From positions 960,001 through 1,024,000 of the forward strand of contig OY775910.1 in assembly GCA_963675245.1 (NCBI GenBank): a DNA stretch of 64,000 nt, written 5' to 3'. Below, one piece after another: positions 21,940 through 30,741 of this stretch. Origin of the DNA: Acholeplasmataceae bacterium. GTDB lineage: Bacteria > Bacillota_I > Bacilli_A > Acholeplasmatales > Acholeplasmataceae. The notes beneath the pieces were generated by a model. The model was not told where the DNA came from, made no database searches, and saw nothing but the letters and a program-made list of their open reading frames with translations. The translations under genes were made by a program, and so were the position numbers. Position 1 is the stretch's first letter. The number at the start of each line of letters is the position of its first letter.

Positions 21940-23621
21940 AAAGGGCAATTATAAGAAACAATCTCTTGTTATTATTAGGAGCGTTTTTTATCTTTTTCAT
22001 CGTTGTCTTTTTTTCTTTATATACATTTGAAAAAAGGAATCAAGAAACCTTTATGGGGTTTTTATTAAACGAAGTCAATATTGCATATGAACAATACACG
22101 GGCACCGATAGTGAATTCGTTGATGATTATGGTTATGAAGATCGTAGAATCACCATTATGGATGAACATGCAGTCGTATTGGCTGATTCACACCATTCAG
22201 AAATAGGTTATGACGAAAGCGATCAATATGAGATTCTTAATTTAGGTCGTGTGGCATCCAGAGAATCTGCACATATCGGTGAACAGTTATTATATATCGC
22301 GATGCAATTAGATGATGGTGCTATCTTAAGAGTATCTATCCCACTTGCAACACAAACAAGATTATATAGCATTATCATATGGACATTAACGTTTGGTACG
22401 GTTGTGATTGGCGTCATTTATTATTATGGCTTAAAACAGGTCAATAAGAATCTTTTAAAACCTTGGAATTCTGTTAAAGAAGGACTGTTAGCATTAAATC
22501 AAGGTAAATATCAATTAATGAGTTTAACAAGCCCTTATCCTGAAATTAATGATATCCTTCATGAAATGAATACGATTAATGAAGAAACGTCAAAACATCT
22601 ATATCAAATTGAAGCCTATCATCATCAACTTGATCGTATTTTAAATAGTTTACAACAAGCAGTTCTATTGTTTAATGGCGATGAGAAGTTGACGTATTTT
22701 AACGCTGATGCAAAAGAACTCTTTAAATTAGATGATGATGACTTAATCGCACCTAGCTATTGGTTTATTAGAGATAATGACTTAAAACAAGCCATTCATG
22801 AAACGAATGTCAGTGGTGATGATTTAATCATGGACGTTTTATATGATGAAATCATATATGAAGTCAAAACGATTCATTTAGAGACAATAGAGGAATTTGG
22901 TGATCAACCTCGTATTCTTGTCATTCTTAAAGATGTGACACAACAAAGGCAACTTGAACAAGTCAAACGCGATTTTATTGCTCACGCTTCTCACGAGTTA
23001 AAATCACCTTTAACGGTTATTAAAGGTAATGCAGAACTGATTGAATTGGATATGTTGAAATCAAAGGAAGACATTAAAAATTCTGCCATTCAAATTAATA
23101 AGCAAACGATTCAAATGACAGCGTTAATTGAAGATATGCTTATGTTATCAAGGCTTGAAAACTTGACAGATAAACCACACGATGCATATGATCTATCTGT
23201 AATCTTAAGCGATGTTGTTGACCAGTTAAGCATAGAAGCGAAACAAAAAGATATGACATTAAATGTAGATGCTTCAAAAGTCACGATGATTTGTGATCCT
23301 CTAGATATACATAAATTGTTTAAAAATCTCATTGAAAATGCGATTAAGTATAGTGAAAATAAAAAAGCGATTCATATTAAATTAAAAAAAGAACAAAAAT
23401 TTATCACGTTTATTGTCAAAGATCATGGCATAGGAATACCCAAAGAACACCAACAAAGAATTTTTGAAAGGTTCTATCGTATTGACAAAGGAAGACTGGA
23501 TAAAGGCACAGGCTTAGGATTAGCCATTGTTAAGCATATCACACATAAGTATCATGGCGTCATTGGTTTGGAATCAAGTCTTCAAAATGGTACAGAAATT
23601 ACGATAAAATTTCATTTGTAG
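21936..23621 (+). CDS. phoR: Sensor histidine kinase with PAS domain (PhoR-like)
   Basis: Two TMs, H-box SHELKSPLT, NLIENAIKY, DHGIGIP, IFERFYR, GTGLGL. Confidence 0.9.
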   Translation: MKRAIIRNNLLLLLGAFFIFFIVVFFSLYTFEKRNQETFMGFLLNEVNIAYEQYTGTDSEFVDDYGYEDRRITIMDEHAVVLADSHHSEIGYDESDQYEILNLGRVASRESAHIGEQLLYIAMQLDDGAILRVSIPLATQTRLYSIIIWTLTFGTVVIGVIYYYGLKQVNKNLLKPWNSVKEGLLALNQGKYQLMSLTSPYPEINDILHEMNTINEETSKHLYQIEAYHHQLDRILNSLQQAVLLFNGDEKLTYFNADAKELFKLDDDDLIAPSYWFIRDNDLKQAIHETNVSGDDLIMDVLYDEIIYEVKTIHLETIEEFGDQPRILVILKDVTQQRQLEQVKRDFIAHASHELKSPLTVIKGNAELIELDMLKSKEDIKNSAIQINKQTIQMTALIEDMLMLSRLENLTDKPHDAYDLSVILSDVVDQLSIEAKQKDMTLNVDASKVTMICDPLDIHKLFKNLIENAIKYSENKKAIHIKLKKEQKFITFIVKDHGIGIPKEHQQRIFERFYRIDKGRLDKGTGLGLAIVKHITHKYHGVIGLESSLQNGTEITIKFHL

Positions 23622-23649
23622 CTTTCATTAATTTTCATTAAAAAAAGAG

Positions 23650-23678
23650 TTGAAATATTAAGTCAAATTCTCTATAAT
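23650..23678 (+). promoter_or_regulatory. Sigma-A promoter of the nrd operon
   Basis: TTGAAA-17 bp-TATAAT. Confidence 0.85.
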
Positions 23679-23684
23679 GGATAT

Positions 23685-23809
23685 ACACATCAAATAATGA
23701 TGGTGCATTATGGGGATAAGGCATAATCGAGAGGGCGTGCAGACTAGCTGCAAGTCTTTTCAGTTACCTCTTACACTCATAAAGCATACTATGTATGCTT
23801 TATTTTTTT
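23685..23809 (+). promoter_or_regulatory. Structured 5' leader with intrinsic terminator (candidate riboswitch/attenuator)
   Basis: Terminator ATAAAGCATAC/GTATGCTTTAT+T6 lies between the promoter and nrdI; competing pairing 23703-23714 with 23776-23787. Confidence 0.65.
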
Positions 23810-23830
23810 CATAAAAAGGACTGATAACAC

Positions 23831-24205
23831 GTGGTTGTAACTTATGATACATTAACTGGACAATCGAAACGTTTCGCGACTAAAATCAGTGATCGGATAG
23901 AGGACGTGAATAGATATATTCCCAATCCTGATGACGAAATACTACTCGTTACTAGAACCTTCCGATTTGGCGAAATACCTGATACCACCAAACGCTTCTT
24001 AGACCGCTTTAGCAAGCAGGTTATCGCAGTTTGCGTTTCTGGAAATAAAAACTGGGGAAAAGCCTTCGGTGCTGCAGGTGATAAAATTCAAGCGCAGTAT
24101 GGCATACCATTGATACACAAATTTGAAGCATCTGGTTTTGATACAGATGTCAATATGGTCCAAGCGTGGATAGAAAACTACCAAAATAGAAAAGGGGAAC
24201 AATAG
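23831..24205 (+). CDS. nrdI: Class Ib RNR flavodoxin NrdI
   Basis: YDTLTGQSKRFA, TFRFGEIP, SGNKNWGKAFGAAG, FEASG. Confidence 0.93.
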   Translation: MVVTYDTLTGQSKRFATKISDRIEDVNRYIPNPDDEILLVTRTFRFGEIPDTTKRFLDRFSKQVIAVCVSGNKNWGKAFGAAGDKIQAQYGIPLIHKFEASGFDTDVNMVQAWIENYQNRKGEQ

Positions 24206-24207
24206 TT

Positions 24208-26169
24208 ATGGCAATGTTTAAGACAACAGAAGATTTAATCAAGAAATTTGTAGGGGCAGAAGAAGATAAGTATACAGATTATTTAAAAAGAGAAAATAGT
24301 AACTTTGTGGTCTCTTTACCACTTTTAAGAAAAAATATCTCCAACAAAGCTGAAGAAGAATATTTAATGAATCATATTTTTCCAAGAAAGCTAGTTGATT
24401 TATATGAAGACGGTGTCGTTTATATTCACGACAAACAACTATCATCTTACTGTCAATCTGTTTCATGTAAAGATGTTGCTACAAAAGGGATTCCATCGAT
24501 TGCTAAAAACATGTTAGAATCTGATGCAGCTTCTTCATTACCAACACTCATTCGTCATTTTTCAAATGTCGTAACGTTAATGAGTCAACAAGTTTCTGGT
24601 GCGGTCATGTTATCACAAATGACAACTGTTATGGCAAGTTATCTTTATGAAGAAGAAATGAATAGACAGTTTTATACCGAACATACGTTAACTAAAATGA
24701 TGTATCAACTTATTTATGAACTTAATTTACCACTTCGTTCTGGTTCAGAAAGTGCTTTTTCAAACTGTACATTAGAATTCGGCAAACCTTCAGAAGAAAT
24801 CAAAGATGAATATGTCATCATTGGTGGTGAAGGTATGAATTACAAATACAGTGATATTCCGAGTGACTATTTTGATCGAATCAATATCGCATTTATCAAT
24901 GCGATGGCAAAAGGAACGAAAAAAGGTATTCCATTAACGTTTCCGCTTATTACCGTGCAAATTGATGATAATTTCAATTATGATAATGATGTTTTCCATC
25001 ACTTATTAGATAGAATGTATCAATGGGGTGGTGTCTATTTTGAAAACTTTAGAACGAGACCTTTTACTGATCATTACTACACGCAATTAAACCCTTATAT
25101 TAAACCAAAAGACCCAAGTGTTTCAAGAAGTTTATGCTGCCGTTTAAATATTGACTTATCCGTTCTTTCCAGAGCTGGTGGTGGTATCTTTGGATCGTCA
25201 GTAGGTAATGTTGGCGCGATTCAAGTCTTGAATTTAAATATGAACCGTATGTTAATTGAATTCGGTCATGATAAAAAATTACTTAAACTAAAAATACGTG
25301 AATACCTGGAAGTGATGGAAGAAGGACACATGGCGAAACGCGCATGGGTCGAAAATCACAAGTTCTTATATCCGACATTCTTCGCATTCAACCACGATCT
25401 TAAAAACTATTTCAATGTCTTCGCCGTGACAGGTATGCATGAAGGGTTGATTAACAGTGGTTATCCAGAAGGTTTAAATGATGAAAATGGTAAACCATTT
25501 GCACATGAACTGATGCAATACATTTCAGAAATCATTAATGACTTTATTGTTCGTGATCATGTCGCTTGTGGTATTGAATATGCTCCTGCTGAAAATGCTG
25601 GTATTAAACTTGCGAGAAGTGATGTCAAGTGGGCAAGAAAAAATGATCGAGAAATCTTTGTTCAAGGACATGACGATGACGTTTATTTAACCTCAGGATG
25701 CATGTTACCATTTGGTGAAGAAGATTTCACGAAACAAGTTGAGAATGCTGCTGAATTCCAAGGTTATGCGACCTCTGGTTCAATTCTTCATCACTTTATT
25801 GAATCAAAGATTGAACCTGAAGTTCTATCGTCATACCTTCAAAATTTATTCTCAAAACCAATTAATTACATTACGCTTACACCAACCATTACGAGTTGCT
25901 TAGAATGTGGTACTAAGATTGTAGCCAAAGATGCGAAAGATGTCGTTACATGTCCAGTATGTGGGTCAACTGATATTGCATCTTACTCACGCGTCATTGG
26001 TTATGTACGTATGATTGCTCGTCAAAATGTAAAAGTTACTGAAGAGGGTTACTATCAGGGAGAATATAATTTCTGGAGTAGAGCTAGACGCCTGGATTGG
26101 GCTCAAAGACGCCGTTTCAATGATAATGATGCAGCACCTAAAGAAGTCGAACAACCATCAGTTGAATAA
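24208..26169 (+). CDS. nrdD: Anaerobic (class III) ribonucleoside-triphosphate reductase, no ATP-cone
   Basis: YIHDK..YC, SLCCRL finger loop, EYAPAEN, CLECG..CPVCG Zn site, SRVIGYV glycyl-radical loop. Confidence 0.93.
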   Translation: MAMFKTTEDLIKKFVGAEEDKYTDYLKRENSNFVVSLPLLRKNISNKAEEEYLMNHIFPRKLVDLYEDGVVYIHDKQLSSYCQSVSCKDVATKGIPSIAKNMLESDAASSLPTLIRHFSNVVTLMSQQVSGAVMLSQMTTVMASYLYEEEMNRQFYTEHTLTKMMYQLIYELNLPLRSGSESAFSNCTLEFGKPSEEIKDEYVIIGGEGMNYKYSDIPSDYFDRINIAFINAMAKGTKKGIPLTFPLITVQIDDNFNYDNDVFHHLLDRMYQWGGVYFENFRTRPFTDHYYTQLNPYIKPKDPSVSRSLCCRLNIDLSVLSRAGGGIFGSSVGNVGAIQVLNLNMNRMLIEFGHDKKLLKLKIREYLEVMEEGHMAKRAWVENHKFLYPTFFAFNHDLKNYFNVFAVTGMHEGLINSGYPEGLNDENGKPFAHELMQYISEIINDFIVRDHVACGIEYAPAENAGIKLARSDVKWARKNDREIFVQGHDDDVYLTSGCMLPFGEEDFTKQVENAAEFQGYATSGSILHHFIESKIEPEVLSSYLQNLFSKPINYITLTPTITSCLECGTKIVAKDAKDVVTCPVCGSTDIASYSRVIGYVRMIARQNVKVTEEGYYQGEYNFWSRARRLDWAQRRRFNDNDAAPKEVEQPSVE

Positions 26170-26183
26170 GCATATAATTGATC

Positions 26184-26210
26184 AGCATCCCAGTTTGGGA
26201 TGCTTTTCTT
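26184..26210 (+). terminator. Terminator-like hairpin between nrdD and nrdG
   Basis: AGCATCCCA-gtt-TGGGATGCT-TTTCTT. Confidence 0.65.
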
Positions 26211-26223
26211 ACAAAGGATAGTT

Positions 26224-26898
26224 ATGAAGCCAATTAAGTATTATGAAAAAATTATTTTCTCACTAAGCGAGATTGAGAACCATCCCGTTCTTTTAGTGCA
26301 TGCGTTAACAGGATGTATGTTTCATTGTTATAAATGTTTCAACTATGAGGAACTCATTGAAAAGAAACATGATAAGTTTTATACCATTGATGATGTCTTA
26401 AAAACGATTGATAGACAAAAGAATATAATTGATTATATTTTATTTAGTGGGGGAGAGTATTTGCTTGCTCCAATTGAAAGTTTAATTCATGATTTAGAAC
26501 AAGTTAGAATGATCACTGATCGTAAAATTATCGTGTATACGACTGGCTATGAATTAGATAAAATGAAAGAACTTGTCAAGAGAAAGTTAATTGATGGTTT
26601 CCATATTGATATGAAACTCCCGTATCATTTATTAACGACAGATGATTTTGACCTCATAAAAAAAACCATGGGGATTCATGTAAAAGATCTAAAATTGATT
26701 CATAAATTAATGGAATCGATTGAATTTGTCGTTCAAAATGATAAGGGTTATAGTCAGGTTCGTTCAGTCAAATATCCATTTTTAGATGAGTCTGCATTTA
26801 TAGAGTGCAAATCATTTATAGATAGGCTTAATCGTTTGTATAATAGAAACATACCTTATTTTGCGAATCGGTTTTTGGATCCGTCTAAGGGGATATAA
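26224..26898 (+). CDS. nrdG: Radical SAM activase of class III RNR
   Basis: GCMFHCYKCFN (CX3CX2C), FSGGE; directly after nrdD; AAGGA SD before ATG 26224. Confidence 0.85.
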   Translation: MKPIKYYEKIIFSLSEIENHPVLLVHALTGCMFHCYKCFNYEELIEKKHDKFYTIDDVLKTIDRQKNIIDYILFSGGEYLLAPIESLIHDLEQVRMITDRKIIVYTTGYELDKMKELVKRKLIDGFHIDMKLPYHLLTTDDFDLIKKTMGIHVKDLKLIHKLMESIEFVVQNDKGYSQVRSVKYPFLDESAFIECKSFIDRLNRLYNRNIPYFANRFLDPSKGI

Positions 26899-26914
26899 AT
26901 AAAGGGGTGTTTTT

Positions 26915-29014
26915 ATGGATAGAACGAGTATACCAGAGTGGATTTTACTCAATAATCAAATCGTTGACGAACATGGTGGGATTCGTGATTTGAATAAAGA
27001 TAAGGAAGCAGTAAAATCATATTTTTTAAATGAGGTCAATAAACGAACTCAATTTTTTCATTCGCTTGAGGAACAACTTAACTACCTCATTCGTAATGAT
27101 TATTACGAAGCAGAATTCTTAGCACTATATACGATGGAACAGATTCAAGCCATCTTTGATATCGCTTATCATAAACGTTTCCGTTTTCCTACTTATATGG
27201 GTGCGTTTAAATTTTACAATGACTACGCCTTGAAGTCGCGTGATAAAAAGGTCTTTTTAGAACGGTATGAAGACCGTTTATCTGTAACTGCTTTATATCA
27301 CGCAAACGGTGACTTTGAGATGGCAAAACGTATTATCGAACGTTTAATCAATCAAGATTTTACACCAGCTACGCCAACACTTTTAAATACGGGAAAAAAG
27401 AAGCGTGGTGAATTTGTATCTTGTTTCTTATTAGAAGCAGGAGATTCACTTAATGACATTTCACGTATTTCTGAATTTTCTATGCAGTTATCAAAAATTG
27501 GTGGTGGTGTTTCGATTAATTTAAACAACTTAAGAGCTAAAGGAGAAGCGATTAAAGATATTCCTAATGTATCTAAAGGTGTTGTAGGGGTTGCCAAGTT
27601 GCTTGATAATAATTTCAGATATGCAGATCAAATGGGTCAACGTACAGGGGCAGGCGCTGTTTATTTAAATGTATTTCATGCTGATATTGAAGATTTTTTA
27701 AATATCAAGAAGTTAAACGCTGATGATGATATTCGTGCAAAAACATTATCAATGGGTGTCGTCATTCCTGATAAGATGATTGAACTTGCAAGAGAAAATA
27801 AAGATATGTATGTTTTCTACCCACATACTGTCTTTAAAGCATATGGTAAAGATTTCTCTGATATTTCAATTGATATGAATCACTGGTATGATATTTTAGT
27901 GGATGATCCACGTGTCCGTAAGAGAAAGATTAATCCTCGTAAGCTATTAGACGCGATTGCGTCACTTCAAGGTGAATCAGGATATCCATACATTATGTTT
28001 TCTGATAATGTCAATCGTGTTAACGCTATGGCAGATCCGGTCAAATTTTCAAATTTATGTACTGAAATTCTACAACCAACAAAGACATCACATTATTCTG
28101 ACTATGATAAACATGATGAAGATGAAATTGGTATGGACGTCTCATGTAACCTTGCTTCAGGTCATATGGGTAATATGATTAAACATAACACCATCAAAGA
28201 AACTGTGTTTGCAGCGATGGATGTGATGAACTCCGTATCAGAACAAACAAATATTACATATGTTCCAGCGATTGCAAAAGCGAATCGCTTAAATCGCAGT
28301 GTAGGTTTTGGTATCATGGGTCACCATGGTTTTATTTCTGAAAACTTTATTCCTTATGGTAGTGATGAAGATATTGATTTAGTGGATGTATTCTTTAGTA
28401 TAGTTAACTATTATTCATTAGTTCATTCAATGGAAAAGGCAAAATTAACAAAACTTAAATTTTATAATTTTGAAACATCAACCTATGCTGACGGATCATA
28501 CTTTAATGATCGAAAAGCAGTATATCCAAAAACAGAACGTGTCAAAGAAATCATGAAGGATATCTATGTACCAACAGATGAAGATTGGCGACAACTTAAA
28601 GAAGATGTCATGACATACGGATTATATAATTCTCATCGTCTCGCTGTCGCACCTAATGGCTCTATCGGATATGTCATGAGTGCTACCCCTTCTTTAACAC
28701 CAATTAAACAATTGGTAGAAGAACGTACTTATGGTAATTCTAAAACGTATTTCCCAATGCCTGCATTAGAAACAGCAGAATTTATGTATGAAACTGCATA
28801 TGTGATGGATAACTACAAAGTGATTGATGTCATCGCGACTGCTCAGAAACATGTTGATCAAGGGATTTCCTTTGAATTAGCCATTACATCAGACATTACA
28901 ACAAGAGACCTTCAAAAATATTATTTATATGCACATCATAAAGGGATTAAAACACTTTATTATACGCGCACTAAAAAGTTAAAACTTGAAGAGTGCGAAG
29001 CGTGTGCGGTTTAG
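26915..29014 (+). CDS. nrdE: Class Ib RNR alpha subunit
   Basis: PATPTLLN, FVSCFLL, SNLCTEI, AVAPNGSI, KTLYYTR, C-terminal ECEACAV. Confidence 0.97.
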   Translation: MDRTSIPEWILLNNQIVDEHGGIRDLNKDKEAVKSYFLNEVNKRTQFFHSLEEQLNYLIRNDYYEAEFLALYTMEQIQAIFDIAYHKRFRFPTYMGAFKFYNDYALKSRDKKVFLERYEDRLSVTALYHANGDFEMAKRIIERLINQDFTPATPTLLNTGKKKRGEFVSCFLLEAGDSLNDISRISEFSMQLSKIGGGVSINLNNLRAKGEAIKDIPNVSKGVVGVAKLLDNNFRYADQMGQRTGAGAVYLNVFHADIEDFLNIKKLNADDDIRAKTLSMGVVIPDKMIELARENKDMYVFYPHTVFKAYGKDFSDISIDMNHWYDILVDDPRVRKRKINPRKLLDAIASLQGESGYPYIMFSDNVNRVNAMADPVKFSNLCTEILQPTKTSHYSDYDKHDEDEIGMDVSCNLASGHMGNMIKHNTIKETVFAAMDVMNSVSEQTNITYVPAIAKANRLNRSVGFGIMGHHGFISENFIPYGSDEDIDLVDVFFSIVNYYSLVHSMEKAKLTKLKFYNFETSTYADGSYFNDRKAVYPKTERVKEIMKDIYVPTDEDWRQLKEDVMTYGLYNSHRLAVAPNGSIGYVMSATPSLTPIKQLVEERTYGNSKTYFPMPALETAEFMYETAYVMDNYKVIDVIATAQKHVDQGISFELAITSDITTRDLQKYYLYAHHKGIKTLYYTRTKKLKLEECEACAV

Positions 29015-29022
29015 GAGAGTAT

Positions 29023-30123
29023 ATGCCAAAAACAAAAAAGATAACCAAACCGAATAAACCTTTTTTTGAGCCACCAATCGATTTTACAGGTGGCAATTGG
29101 AATGTGAACGAAGATACATTTACACAGTTTTTCTATGAACAAAATTTAAGTCAGTTTTGGCGTCCTGAAGATATCAGTTTACAACCTGATTTAAACGTGT
29201 GGCAAATTTTACCTGAAGAAGTTAAATTAGCATATGCACAAAACTTATTAATATTAACCTTTTTAGATACCTATCAAGGGGATATAGGCATGCCTGTTGT
29301 GTCTCGCTCAATGGATGAAAAATATCATCAAAGAAAAGCCGTTATTAATTTTATGGCTGCGATGGAAAATGCCGTACACGCGAAAAGTTATTCAAATATT
29401 TTCATGACGTATTTACCTACGACAACTATTGATGAACTATTCAATTGGGGTGAACAAAATGAAAACCTTCAAAATATTATGAGTTTAATCGTTGGCACAT
29501 ACGAAACGTTAGATCGTTATAATTATTTAAAAAAATATGATGCTGAACAAGTGACCTTCTCAACTGAAGATTTTAATGAAGCACAATGGAAGGCTATGGC
29601 AGCGAGCGTCTTTTTAGAAACATGGTTATTCTACAGTGGTTTCTACTATCCATTATATTTTTATGGTCAAGGAAAGCTGATGCAAGCAGGAGAAATCATT
29701 AACTTAATTTTAAGAGATGAAAGTATTCATGGCTTATATATCGGCAGGCTTGCTCAAGAAGTATATGATACATTTAATGATGAGAAACAAAAAGAATTAA
29801 AAATCTGGTTAGATGACCTTCTAGATAAGCTCTATAAGGAACAATCTGCCCTTGTAGAGACAGTTTATGATCCAGTTGACCTCTCGCACGATGTGAAGGT
29901 CTTCGTTCGATATAACGCCAATAAAGCGTTAATGAACCTAGGGTTTGACCAAGCATTTCCAAATGAAGAAGTGAATCCGGTTGTTATTAATGGATTAAAT
30001 ACAGAAACAAAGACAATGGACAATTTCTCAATGAAAGGAAATGGTTATCAAAAAATGAAAAGTGAAATGTTAAAAGATTCAGATTTCTATTTTGACACAA
30101 AGCCAATTGGAGGTAACAAATGA
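29023..30123 (+). CDS. nrdF: Class Ib RNR beta subunit
   Basis: FWRPE, LDT, MENAVHAKSY, FLETWLFYSGFY, RDESIHG: all metal ligands are present. Confidence 0.96.
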   Translation: MPKTKKITKPNKPFFEPPIDFTGGNWNVNEDTFTQFFYEQNLSQFWRPEDISLQPDLNVWQILPEEVKLAYAQNLLILTFLDTYQGDIGMPVVSRSMDEKYHQRKAVINFMAAMENAVHAKSYSNIFMTYLPTTTIDELFNWGEQNENLQNIMSLIVGTYETLDRYNYLKKYDAEQVTFSTEDFNEAQWKAMAASVFLETWLFYSGFYYPLYFYGQGKLMQAGEIINLILRDESIHGLYIGRLAQEVYDTFNDEKQKELKIWLDDLLDKLYKEQSALVETVYDPVDLSHDVKVFVRYNANKALMNLGFDQAFPNEEVNPVVINGLNTETKTMDNFSMKGNGYQKMKSEMLKDSDFYFDTKPIGGNK

Positions 30124-30383
30124 GTCAGGTTTATATGCTGGCAAAACCAAATTGTCCAAATTGCCAAAAACTTAAAATGTTTTTAAAATTTGCTTTACAA
30201 GATAAATATAAAAATGATATACAAATCATTGATAAAGAAGAACATGCTGATCAATATGTTGACATGGTTAAAAAGTTTCAAGTATTATCAGTACCTGTAT
30301 TAATCCATGGGGATGATGTGTTGGTTCAAGTGGATCCATCTAAGGTAACAAACTTTTTAGAAAAATATATCGGTAAAAAATAA
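30120..30383 (+). CDS. nrdH: NrdH/glutaredoxin-like redoxin
   Basis: KPNCPNCQKLK (CXXC), SVPVL cis-Pro loop; last gene of the nrd operon. Confidence 0.8.
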   Translation: MSQVYMLAKPNCPNCQKLKMFLKFALQDKYKNDIQIIDKEEHADQYVDMVKKFQVLSVPVLIHGDDVLVQVDPSKVTNFLEKYIGKK

Positions 30384-30405
30384 AAAAAAGCCTAGTGGCT
30401 TTTTT
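30384..30405. terminator. Bidirectional terminator (nrd operon / original tRNA-Gln 3' end)
   Basis: AAAAAAGCC-tagt-GGCTTTTTT with A and T runs on both sides. Confidence 0.75.
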
Positions 30406-30415
30406 ATTTTTAATA

Positions 30416-30459
30416 TGGCAGGCCCAGCAGGATTTGAACCTACGGTGAGGGAGTCAAAG
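30416..30459 (-). repeat. att site: displaced 3' half of tRNA-Gln(TTG)
   Basis: TGGCAGGCCCAGCAGGATTTGAACCTACGGTGAGGGAGTCAAAG matches 35226-35269 at 41/44 nt; the 5' half of the tRNA is absent here. Confidence 0.93.
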
Positions 30460-30475
30460 CCCCGATAGGTAGATT

Positions 30476-30501
30476 AAGCACTCAATGATGAGTGCTTTTT
30501 T
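30476..30501 (+). terminator. Intrinsic terminator just inside the left att site
   Basis: AAGCACTCA-atga-TGAGTGCTT plus T run. Confidence 0.8.
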
Positions 30502-30508
30502 GTTCTCA

Positions 30509-30722
30509 TGGGCCTTAATCACAGCAAAGGGATATAAGACTTCTTTCCTCCCCCCCACAAAAAAAGAATTATTGTTCAGTTGCTGTGATTAAGGCTCACC
30601 TCTAGACTTTTTCTCACTATTGGTGAGTCAATAAAAAACGGCTAAAAAATGCGATTTGATAAGGCTCAATAGTTGGTTTCTTTGCCGTTACCATTCTGTT
30701 GAGTCGTATCAAGTCGCTTTTT
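30509..30722 (+). ncRNA. Candidate structured RNA leader of the rep gene
   Basis: 19-bp helix 30509-30527/30580-30598 and a long hairpin 30651-30717 + T5. Several non-Watson-Crick pairs are G-U on the + strand. Confidence 0.55.
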
Positions 30723-30741
30723 GCTAAAAAGGAGTTTTATT

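Noticed and set aside
23685..23809. Purine or 2'-dG riboswitch in the nrd leader
   Set aside because: The GAUAAGG loop resembles L2, but the UUUCUACC-type junction and CC-containing L3 are absent; kept as an unclassified leader.
29023..30123. Metal-free class Ie RNR (known from mollicutes)
   Set aside because: All carboxylate and His ligands are retained (LDT, MENAVH, FLET, DESIH); no VPK/QSK substitutions.
30416..30463. A second tRNA-Gln(TTG) gene
   Set aside because: Only the 3' half is present; it is the att duplication.
30509..30722. Retron msr-msd
   Set aside because: No reverse transcriptase in the element or the window.
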